A stretch of DNA of 64,000 nucleotides from the NCBI RefSeq assembly GCF_009914755.1, contig NC_060932.1; one strand, 5' to 3'. The position numbers and the translations under genes were made by a program. Source of the DNA: the human T2T-CHM13v2.0 reference genome, Homo sapiens. Numbering within the stretch: position 1 is the stretch's first letter; each line of letters starts with the position of its first letter. This document shows, in pieces, positions 14,090-27,041 of this stretch. The notes beneath the pieces are model-generated. The model was given only the letters and a program-made list of their open reading frames with translations, was not told where the DNA came from and searched no databases.

Positions 14090-15505
14090 ATGAGCGTTGA
14101 GGGTGACTGAGGTTCCTAGGGATGACACAGGAGAGCAGTATAAGCACCTCGGCCATCCAGACCCAGAGCTCGAACGTCCCTCTCTGCCAGGGATGCCCAA
14201 ATCTAGATCTCCAGTCCTAACCTCCCTGGAAGTTCAGCCTCATTTCCCCAAGTATCTATGAGACATTTCCACATGCATGTTTAATAGACACGCCACAATA
14301 ATGTGGGTAACACCTCCCACTAGATTCCCTACCTTCCCAGCTTGTTCCTCCAGGGCCTTTGCCTGCCAGTTAGTGGCATTCCCACACTCCGTGTTGCACA
14401 AACCCCAAACCCCTTTCCCTCACTCCCTGCCTTCCTCTCTAGACAGCTGCATTTGCTTCTAACTCATCTCTGATTTTACTCTTGCCTCTCTATAATCCAG
14501 CCATTCCACAGCCAGAGGAATCATTTAAAAACACAATTTGGATAATGAAATATTTTATTCATAGAGAACATATATGATGCACATCAAAGGGATTTAGAGT
14601 AATATGACAGGCACTCACAGAGTCTCTACCCAACCTAAGAAACAGAACGTACCGACACCTCTGAAGTCTCTCATGTGCCCCTCTCCAGCTGCACTCCCCT
14701 CCTCCTTCAACCTCCCCAGGAACCACTACACGGAAAATCTGTGTTTATCATTCACTTTCTTTATGGTTTATCACATTTTTATATGTCCCTAAATGGTACC
14801 CAGTTTATTTTTGCATGTTTGGACTTTATACAAGTGGAATCATACTTGCTTTCACTTGCTTGCTTTTTTTCACCATGTATTATATTTGTGACATTCTTCC
14901 AGGATGATGCATGTAGTAAAAATATAAACTAGACCCATTCATTCCTTTGCTGAAACCTCCTGTGGTTTCCTATCACATTTAGAATAAAATCCAAACTCCC
15001 TCCTGGATCATAAAGTCATAGGCAACTCCCTGGACCTAATTTTGTACCACTCACTCCTGGATGGTCCACTCTGTGCCAGCCTCATGGCAATTTTTAAAAA
15101 TTCTTTTTTTTTTTCCTAGTTCTTTGCAATCTTCAGATTGCTCCTGCCTGTGGGCCTTTGCACTAACTGTTCACTCTGCCTGGAATGCTCTTTCACTGAT
15201 CTTTGCACAATGCCTCCTCCAAGTCACTCAGCTCACAGGTCAAATGCCACCTCTCTGAGAGTTCTTTTCTCACTCTTCTGATCTAACAGAGCCACTCATT
15301 ATCCTGTCACACCCCCAGCTTCAGGTTGCTGTGGAGCATTTTGCCGTCATCATTTCTTGTTCATATGTTTATGTGTTTCTTGTCTGTCTTCCCTACTAGA
15401 ATGCCAGCCCTAGAACAGGAATCTTACCTACTCTTTTTGCCACCCAATCTCTGGTGCCTGGCATACAGTCGGTCACTCAATGAGTACTGATGGAATTAAT
15501 GAGTA
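14090..15505 (+). mobile_element. L2 3' region (interrupted by an L1M-like piece at about 14550-14920)
   Basis: L2-type motifs and 3' end gtgcctggcatacagtcggtcactcaatgagtactgatggaattaatga. Confidence 0.65.
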
Positions 15506-15664
15506 AATCACACCTCAAATTTATTATGAATAAGTTGCCAAAAAAGACCTAATGTCTAATAAACTGTTCAATAAATATTAATTGACTGAAAGTCTAAAAT
15601 TTTCCTGTCCTTAAGAACTTTAGTGTAATTTTGAGTTCTCAGTTTTATTTTTGTTTTAACATCT

Positions 15665-15995
<331 letters not shown>

Positions 15996-17224
15996 TGAAT
16001 TTGTAAGTATGAATGTTTACTTATCTAACAGCAGACAGTACCATCACTAATTTTTTTTCTTTTTTTTTTAACCACAGGAGTTAGGGACCTCACTCTTTTG
16101 AGGAATGCATTCTACCTACAACGCCCTCTCTAAATCAACTTAAATTTGTTTCCATTCAAGGGTTTGCTTGTGGGTTTGTTTTTTTCTCTAATCCTTTGTG
16201 GGCATGGGAAACAGCAGGCCCTTATCTTCCTCATTTAAAAACCTTTTCATCTAATATGGAAGATGAACTCATCCCTTTGTCTTTTCTTCTCCGGGTAAAT
16301 TAAACCAATTATTTTAACTGTTTCTTATGGGACTTATTTGCCAGACCTTTGATTTAATTGAGTAGTGCTACAAAAGCTATTAAACTCGTATCTCTTTGCC
16401 TTCCCTAAAACAGCCATCAAAACATTGGGTGTCCTAATTTCTGTCCATTTCACCAATTGTTAACAGAAATATCCCTCTGGGCCCAGTCTCCCCTCAACCA
16501 CAGGCTTCCATTTCTCGCATGAGACAATTATAGACAATTCACAGCAGCGTTTGGGCCGCTGTATTTGTTGCTGGAGAAAAGAAAGCTCTTCCTGTGTTAA
16601 CACACAGAGCCTATTAGGTAAATCGATTCTCATGCTGATTATTAATTTTTGCAGGTATTTGTTATCAGTTCTAGAAACCATGTATGACTTTTTTCATGTG
16701 TGGTTAAATTCCATCTCTGTGGCTTCAGATAAATAAAACATGAGTTCCCATTATTCACAGAATAACTATAGTTGCCCTGGTTCTGCCTTGTGGCAAGAAG
16801 TCACACTGCTCCTAGGAATAAAATATTAAAGCAGTATGAATTAATGCTGATTTTTTTCTAGCAACATTTTTTTTCTCCCTGAAAACATCAATATTAAAGA
16901 AGCTGTGATTTCTGCAGGTTGCGGTGCCCCAGGAAGAGGCTGCATTATTGATTGCAATCTCACAGGTTAGAAAAAGTAACAGCACTTACTGTGTGTCCCC
17001 CATACCCTGTGCACTGTTCTCAGAGCTTCCTGTTACGAATTCGTTGAATCCTCACAACCATTTAGGAGGTAGGTGCTATCATCAGTTTACAGGTGAGGAA
17101 ACTGAGGCTCAGAGGGGCTAAATGATGCAGCTCTGATAGGCAGCATAATGGCCCCCATAGAAGTCCCTGGTCTAATCTCTAGAAGCTGTGATGATGTTAC
17201 TTTACACAGCAAAGGGGTTTTGTA

Positions 17225-17424
17225 TTAGGTTGGTGGGTTGGTGCAATTCTTCCTTCCTTTGTTTTCTGTACCAGATCAGAGGAAAAGTTCCTGGGCCTTG
17301 TACCTGTGAGGTTTCCATTTGATGTAAGCCTTGAAGGAAAAATAGACAAAAGTAGACAATTTTCAATTTGTCAAAGTAGTTACTTTCAGTGGGAAAAACC
17401 TCAATTAATTTTGCATCAACCTAA
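17225..17424. mobile_element. MADE1 (Hsmar1-derived MITE) carrying a 105-bp captured local segment
   Basis: TA|ttaggttggtg...gcatcaacctaa|TA terminal inverted repeats with TA duplication. Confidence 0.85.
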
Positions 17425-19949
17425 TACAAAGAGCACTGGCAGCTGAAGGGGTGTGTGGCAAAAGAGATAGACAAAATTTTAGCACTGGATGCCCCACTGC
17501 CAGTACCAATATCTGAGCCCGATTTGACCTCATCTTCCCTCACTAAGTTCTCAAATGCATAGCCTATGGCCATAGCATATGGCTTCTCTGTCTAAAACAA
17601 ATGAGCTCTGCAAAGGTTCTCTCTAAGGCCATGTTTGGACAAAGATCTGATCCTTGGTAGTCAGTTTATTAATTCTGCAGAGAGGCATTGAGTGAGGTGT
17701 ATTGGCCTGTGCACCCCAGAAGTGAACAAACTGGTTTTGAGTTCTGGCTTTATCACTTAGTACTTACGTGACCTTAAACAAGTTCCTGGGCCTTCTCCAG
17801 CCTCAACTTCCCCATCTATCAGATGCAGAGGATAACAGTGGCCCATGTATACGGCCAGTATGCAGGTAAAGAACAGAATGTAGTCTGAGCTAGACATAGG
17901 GCTCAGCCACTCTGCTACCGAAGAAGTGGACCCTTGTGTGGACACACAAGTGCTATTTGCATTCAGACAATAAAGCAAATAACATCATGCCATAGATATT
18001 GATGTCCTATAAAAACATACAGTTTTCTCCCTTAGGTTTCTAATACCTGATGGTGGGTCTTGTTGCAGCTTTGCCAGAAAGGCTGACTTAATAATCCGGT
18101 TTAGGGTACAGAATGACACCAAATGACAGGCTTGGCCCCAGCATCTGCTGATTTAATTTTTTTGTCTGAGAGAAAATGAGCAATGTGCAGATTATTTTGT
18201 GAAGGATTTTATGTTCACAAAAGAGGTTCCATTTGAATAATCTTTTGGAAAATCTGGGTGAGCAAAATAGCCATGACCAAGCCTGCCAAAGAACATGAAG
18301 TAATTGAGAATCAGGGCTGCATTTTCTAACATGGTTTTTGCAGAACACGTTTGCTCATAGGTATTACTCAACAAAAGGTCCTTCCAAGAAAAGGGCCTCA
18401 TGGTCAAATAAGCCTGGGCATGTAGGATTAACAAAATCAAATCTTTCTCATTCTTACAGGACTTATAGCTTTTAACATGCTAACAGAGATGATGAATTTC
18501 TCAGACAGGCCATGTTATGCAGAATCTTTCTCACCTAGTTTGACCTTGAAAACTCCACTCCTCTTTGCATTTTGGCAAGGATGGGGATTGCCCATCTGCA
18601 GCAGACAGGCTGGGAAAGGCTGTTTTAGTGAGTGCACTTTATTCTTCTCTGGCTGGTATACACTGGGCTTCTCAAATCTTCCTTCCTTTCTTTTCTGTAC
18701 CAGATCAGAGGAAAAGCTCCTGAGCCTTGTCTCTGTGAGGCTTCCATTTAATGTAAATCTTGAAGGAAAAACAGACATCTGTCTGGGGCACGCAAACACA
18801 CAAGACAAGGGGTTGATGTGAGCCAGTGGGTGCCTCCTTTTGTGAGTGATTCCTTTTGTGAGAAATATAAAATGTATTCAGGCTTATACATATTTTAGAA
18901 GTTATTTGATCAGTCCCGAAAGCCAATTCAGGTGCTCTTATTTATACTTGGTATAATACATAGAGTTAGATGAATGATATGTCAAAGAATAGTCTTAATT
19001 ACTGTAATTATTATCTTTGCAGCCAGGGCTTGCAGAAAAGCACAGAATTTGCCACATCTGAGGATTAAATATTACTTAGATGTTTAACAGATTCAAACCA
19101 AATTTCAGCTCACAATCTTAGTATAAAATTCATCACTTCTAGAGTCTTTAGAGATGCAATTATATAACGAATTAGATTACAAATGAATATAATATAGATC
19201 TATTCTCCTTAGAGTCTAATGCCAACAGTATTATTCAAAAGTGACTTTATTAAAGGTTTATTTTATGCTATGTTATAAATACCTGAAATTATTTACATTT
19301 TTCTCTGTGGCATTTACTTTCAAATATACTTTCTTTATCTTAATATGATTTTTCAGATATATGGGTTTCTCCCAGAACTGTAAAATTCCTGCTACGGGAA
19401 TTCCTTTCTCTAAATTTGGTGTCTAACCACCACTTAATGGATACGTGAATAAATGAACGAATAAATTTATTTTAAGAGTTGATTTTGGAAAAATGGCAAA
19501 CTGCAATTAATCTCAGTACTTTTTGTGGAAATACACAGCTTAATAAAAAGTAGTTTGGATCTCTTCAAATGTTTTCTCTGGTGTTAAAGCAATACAAGAT
19601 AGATCATCATTAAACAATGCTGTTTATTCCAGGAAGTAAGTCTTGATGCATCTTTAATATACAAAGGATTTAACTCACGCCATTAATTTTCTCGTTTCAG
19701 GCTATGTGACCCTTTTCTTAACTAGATGAAGAATTTATTTTGCCTGCAGGCAAAGAGTAATAATTTGTTGGTAAGGCTTCAAGTCTGGACTATCATGAAA
19801 TTTTCTGTAAAGTATAAAAAACAGAACTAAATCACAGAGATTAGAACTCCTTCTAGTGCTTATCACGGACTGATGAAAGCTGTGATAATTAAAGAACTGA
19901 GTGTGGCATAAAAGTAGGAAGATAAATGGGGCAGAGGGGTTGGCACAAA

Positions 19950-21600
19950 GTATGACAGACCCGAGACAGGCAATCTGAGTTGGGAAGCCCAATCTTAAAG
20001 GCTGAAGGAGGGCAGTGGTGAGGGGAAGAGCTAGGAAGTGACAGCACTAGGGTAGAAATAAGGCCTATGAAAATGAATTTCAGGACCATAACATATGAGG
20101 ATCAGGGATTTAAATAGGCAGGGCACTATGACTGATGGCCTGAGTGATACATTGAGCAACCAATACAAGTTCATATCCTGAAGAAGTGCAGGGTCTTCTG
20201 GAATAAGACAGGCAGGTAAATAGATAAAGAGGTCCAATCTGAGCCATGCCCATGAGGGTGAGTTTTCAGGGGTCATAAGGAGATGGGGTTGTGGGTCAAA
20301 GGAGGTAGGGGAGGCAGACAGGTACAACAGCACTGCGTTATGTGGCTGGAGGGGGCTCACTGGTCAGGTTTGTTTATTAGGAGGAGCTTGTACCAGTGTT
20401 GATGACGAACAGCAGGGGGAGGCAGCCTTATTAAGAGGCTGCTGACACAGTCCAAACAAGAGATGGTGGAAGCCTGAATTAATGCAACAGGAATGGGAAT
20501 GTGAAAAGGGGGTCAAGTTCAAGAGACTTTACATTTCCAACAGGATCAGGGGTAGGAGTGAGGAATGAGGGTGAAGGAGAAGTCATGTGTAGTTTAGGTT
20601 TCCAGTATGGGAGGCTGACATGGAAGAGAAGAGAGAGTTTGGGGGAGAAGATAGTTTGGTTTTTGATATGTTACATTTAAGGAGACTGTGGGACATCCAG
20701 GGTTGAGTAATAAGTGGACAGATAAGAATATAGATCTGGAGCTCAGGAGGGGCCTGGGAAGGAGAGGTAGATCTGGATTAGGAAGTATTTCAAAAGGATG
20801 CTGGTGGATGGGCAACGGGATTCTTTTAGAAGACGTTGGAAGAGTGTGCAGCATCAATAGAAGCAAGGCAGAGGAAGAGGAAGTGCTCAAGAGCCTGGCA
20901 TGGATTAGTCAGAGAGGAAGAAGAGAGACAGGGAAAACATTTGGAGGAAGCAAGGAGGACAGAGGTTCCAGAAGATGATGGGCCAGGGAGTAAATGCTGC
21001 ATAAGGTTCAAGAAGAATCAGGACCAAAAAAAGCAATTCCTTTGGCAATTCATGGAGAGGAATTTACTTCCCCAGACTTCTCCTACACCCTCATTCGTCA
21101 CTCCTAGCCCCCTTCCTGTTGGGAATGTAAATACTCTAGAACTTGGTCCTTTTCTACGTTCCCATTCCTGTTGCATTAATTCAGGCTTCCATCATCTCTT
21201 GCTTGGACTGTGTCTGCAACCTCTTAACAAGGCTGCCTCCCCTGCTGTTCATCATCAACACTGTGTGTACAAGCTCCTCCTAATAAACAAATCTGACCGG
21301 TGAGCCCCCTCCAGCCACATAACGCAGTGCTGTTCTATCTGTCTGCTGTTCCCTCTGCTAGCAAAGTCCCCTACCTCCTTTGACCCACAGCCCCATCCAC
21401 AGATTGGAATGAGTGAAGAGTTAGTGGGAGCTAAGGAAGTGGACAGGGCCAGCAAGAGTAGACTATTTGAAGACATTCTTGGTATAAATGGCAGGAGGGA
21501 TATTGGACAGTTTATTAAAGGGGTGTGTAGTGTATGAGAATTTTTTTTTTTTTAAACAGAGAAACCTAAGTATCTTTGTAGGGCAAGAGAAAGGAGTAGA
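19950..21600 (-). mobile_element. Decayed L2 containing an internal inverted duplication
   Basis: Purine-rich antisense L2 motifs (e.g. atctggagctcaggag); boundaries approximate. Confidence 0.65.
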
Positions 21601-21907
21601 AAAGGAAACAAAGGAAATGAAAGTAAAAAGATCTGTAAGTATTTGTGTTCTAGTGGTCAGAATACATATCAGAAATGGCAGGATATATAGAATTCTTGTC
21701 ATATACACTAGGAACTGCTTCGGTCCTGTACTTAGAGCAAAATTTCCTCAGTAGACATGTCCCTGTAAATGCCAATGTCACACTTTTCAATACTAGGCAT
21801 ATAAAGTAGGATCATACTATTTTACCTGTTTTAATGGCAGAAGGCTAGACCAGTTAGCTTTTGAGGTCATTTCTAATTCTAAAAATGTATAATTCTGTGT
21901 GCTTTGA

Positions 21908-22206
21908 TTTTTTTTTTTTTTTGTCTTGAGACAGGGTCTCACTCTGTCACCCAGGTTGGAGTGCAGAGCTGCAATCATGGCTCACTGCAACCTTGACCTC
22001 CTGGGCTCAAGATCCTCTCATCTCAACCTCCCAAGTAGCTGGGACTGCAGGTGCATACTACCATGCCTGGCTAATTTTTAAAATTATTTGTAGAGTTGAG
22101 GTCTTGTCATGTTGCCAGACTGGTCTCAAACTCCTGGGCTCGAGTGATTCTCCCACCTTGGCTTCCTGAAGTGTTGGGTAACAGATGTACACCACCACGC
22201 CCAGCC
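21908..22206 (-). mobile_element. AluJ element
   Basis: Antisense Alu dimer with ctcctgggctcaag diagnostic. Confidence 0.9.
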
Positions 22207-22308
22207 TAATTCTTTTTATTGATTTCGCAACCATTTTACCAAACCGGTTCTTGGTTAAATACTCAGCTAGACTATCCCAGTTTTCTTCTTATTACATACC
22301 CTTCCTAG

Positions 22309-23603
<1,295 letters not shown>

Positions 23604-23972
23604 AACAAGGACTTTTTTGAAGAGAACCCCTATTTTGAATAAAGTTCAGTAAAGCAAAATGTGTCCTTAAGTATTGTCCCTTCAACTTGGAAGGGAATGT
23701 TTTTTTTTACTCTGAGTTTTCCTAAAACGTATTGCTCTGGAACTTGGTGGATTAATCGATGTGGAAATTGTTCCAGGAAAGGATACCTGGGAAACTAAGG
23801 GTGCTTCTGTTGCTGACTTAGTATTTCAAATACTTTGGTATTGGTCAAATACATTTAGATTTTAATAAGATATTAGTGCTGGTAAGGAAAAGATTATGTT
23901 CTCTAATATCTGCATGGACCAGTGGTCTGGATAATATAGCTTCGGGGATAGTAAAATATTTAGAATTCTTAC

Positions 23973-24094
23973 CACATAGATCAGGAACTGCCATCCGACA
24001 AGGTAATACTGTACTGTTCTTGCTGAGATTGCCTGAGTTATATTTGGAGCAAAGTTCACCAGTAAATATGTTCCTGCAAATGCCAGTGTCGTAC
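23973..24094 (-). CDS. NIPAL2: NIPAL2 coding exon 5 (122 nt, phase 1-0): (G)TTLAFAGTYLLVNFAPNITQAISARTVQYYLVGWQFLIYV
   Basis: tttaaag|GTACGA...TATGTG|gtaaga; lies inside ORF track 23862..24134. Confidence 0.96.
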
Positions 24095-26234
24095 CTTTAA
24101 ATAAAATTGAAAAGAAAAACCAAATTGAAACCAACCTAAAGCTTTTGTTGACGCAGACATTGCCTAGAGACTGCGCATTACTTGTAAAAGTGCCAATCGC
24201 CCCTCCCTATTATACTCCGTTTCATCAAACCATCCTTGGATAGCGTCCACATTCACCTGAAGGCATTCCCTTTACAGGGGAATAGAGCCGGGGGATGGAT
24301 GGGGCAGGACATAACTTCTAATTTTTCTCTATTGTTCTGGATGAATCCCAGCATCTTCAGGGAAACTTTCCCCAATGATTGGGAAGATCAGAATATGTGC
24401 TACGAAGACGTGAAAACACCTCCTAAGCTGACTGTTTCCTCATGGGTCAGTAAGTGCATGATGGATCTAGACACATCTAGATCTGTCTAGATCTAGATGG
24501 CACAGTCCAGAGGACAGGGAAACTATCACATGATGATCTGCTCTACACTCACTCATCCCTGGGGCTTTGAAGCACCCTCAGGTGATTTAACAATTTGAAA
24601 CTCTGGTAATGAGCATCTTTAATCACTGCCATTTATTGGAGTCCTTTTAGCAGCAATAACAAAGGTGAATGCTGGCTTTGCTGTAGGAGTTTAATTAATC
24701 CAATCTAGAATATAGAATTCCAAGGTTAGCTTAGTAAAATAAAAATAAAATAGAAACCACGTCATAAACCTATGTAAGGAATGTGTTACTGCCATCGGTT
24801 TAGCATTACTTAAAATGACAGAAGGGAATGTGTGTAGGGGGATTAGGGGGTGAGGCCACCGAAGAAGGGGTGAAGGGAGGACTTGCCCTTCCAAATAATG
24901 TTGAAAACTGCTTATTTATATATAATTAGCAGTCTGACAAAACACCCGTGGTATAAGTAGCATATTTTAGATAGCACACTTGAAAACTTGCTTCAACTTG
25001 CTTCATCTCTGAGGTCAGTGCTATTGTGGATATAATTTATAACCAACATAGACTCCAACCTGAAACAATTTGGTTTGTCTACAAAGTCTCACAATTTGAA
25101 GGCACCAATTTCCTGTTCCTCGTATGCAAATGACTTAGGTTTTGAACTCTAGTTCCTGGAAGCAAATAGCATTTGATTTTTCGCAAAAGCTAGACAACAG
25201 CAATTCAGGGTATTGTAGAGCTACAAGGAAGTTTCCTATAATGTAACAATTTATTCTGTAATACTTTGTGAAGACAGATTATATGCAATCTTTAAAGCTA
25301 TTTCTAATAAGAACTTTAAAAACAAAAAACAGTATACATTATTAAACACTAAATAATAAAACCATATATAAGAACTTGGGAGAAAATTATTGGTCAGTCA
25401 TGTCTTTTCTTTGGAAAAAAAATTACATAATTGTTCAAAAGCAGGTTCCTAGGAGGAAGAGATTCAAAAAAACTGTTTTCTAAACTTGGTATGGTAAAGT
25501 AGCATATTACTTTAAGATGTCTCAGATACTTCTGTTTCTTTTGTGAAATCCAGATTTCTAGTTATATCAAGCTCCTCTGCCAGACACTCCTTTATCTCTT
25601 CTAATAGTATCCAGTTCTATTAACTTTCTTGTATTTAAATTTAGTTTTGAGTAGGCAACACATGTATATGGCAAAATTCCAACAATACACAAGGGTGATT
25701 GGTGGAAAGTTAAATCTCATGTACCCTGGTGGTTCACTAGTTTTCCTCCTCAAAGTTAACTACTACCACTAGTTCCTGGGGTTTTCTTTTCAGAGATGTT
25801 TTATGCATGTGTGTATAAGTGTACATGAGGTTTTTTTTTACATAAATAATTGCGTATTATATAAACATTTTTGTATCTTGCTTTTTTTTTCTGCTTAGAA
25901 CATTTTGGAGGACATTTCACATCAGTAAATGCAGGGTGGCTTCATTCTTTTTAAATCTACTGGTATTCTACCTCATGGAGGTAGTACTGTTTACTGAACC
26001 AGTTTCCAATATTGTCCCTGTTTCACATCCTGACATATCCCTCCCTACTTCACATCCACGTCTGCATTTGCCTTCCATGACTGTCCCTATCAATGTATAT
26101 CTTCGTTGCGTTTCTTTCTAAATTTTGTAATTTTTGTGGGTACGTAGGAGGTGTATATATTTACGGGGTATATTTCACTGCATTTCAAAACTTTTTAAAA
26201 ATATAAAATGGCTGATGCTTTTGCAGTTATACTT

Positions 26235-26551
26235 TCTTTCTTTCTTTTCTTTTTTTTTTTTTTTTTTTTGTTGAAACAGAGTCTTGCTCTGTCACCCAGG
26301 CTGGAGTGCAGTGGTGCAAACTCAGCTTACTGCAACCTCCGTCTCCTGGGTTCAAGTGATCCTCCTCTTAGCCTCCCGAGTAGCTGGGACTACAAGCACG
26401 TGCCACCACGCCCAGCTAATTTTTGTATTTTTAGTAGAGATAGGGTTTCACCATGGTGGCCAGGGTGGTCTCGAACTCTTGACATCAGGTGATCTGCCCG
26501 CCTCTGCCACTCACAGTTCTGGGATTACAGGATTGAGCCACCGTGCCCGGC
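26235..26551 (-). mobile_element. AluS element
   Basis: Antisense dimer; TSD tgca(g/a)ttatactttct. Confidence 0.92.
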
Positions 26552-27041
26552 TGCAATTATACTTTCTAAGTCCCTTTCACATATATTATTTCATCTGGGC
26601 CTCACATCACTGTGCATCTGCTACGTAACTATGGCAGTTCAGCAGGTCACACATTCTTTCTTCTTAATAATTTTTATTTCAGCTATCTGCAATAATTACA
26701 AAGGCAGTTCTGGGTAGCTGCCACCAGTTGCATGCTTGTTTATTTGGTGTCATTTATATTTATGTGATTTACTGTCCCCTTTATGAGTTGTATGCACATT
26801 TTTCATAAGTGTTTAGAAGTGTTAGTCATTTGCACTTCCTTAAATAAATTCCTTTTAAACTTATTTATATTCCACCTTTTTCTAAAAGTGGTATGAAACG
26901 TCAGTTCCTGCCCCCATTTTTATTTCGGTAAAGCCACATATATTCCTTCTTTTGAAAGACAGATTTCTGACTTAGGAAACTTGTTAGTTTACCTTCTGCT
27001 GGCCCATTTGCCGAAAGGAGTAATCTGGACATGTAAGATCC

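Noticed and set aside
20836-21303. 155-aa ORF
   Set aside because: Spans decayed L2 and the inversion junction; no recognisable domain.
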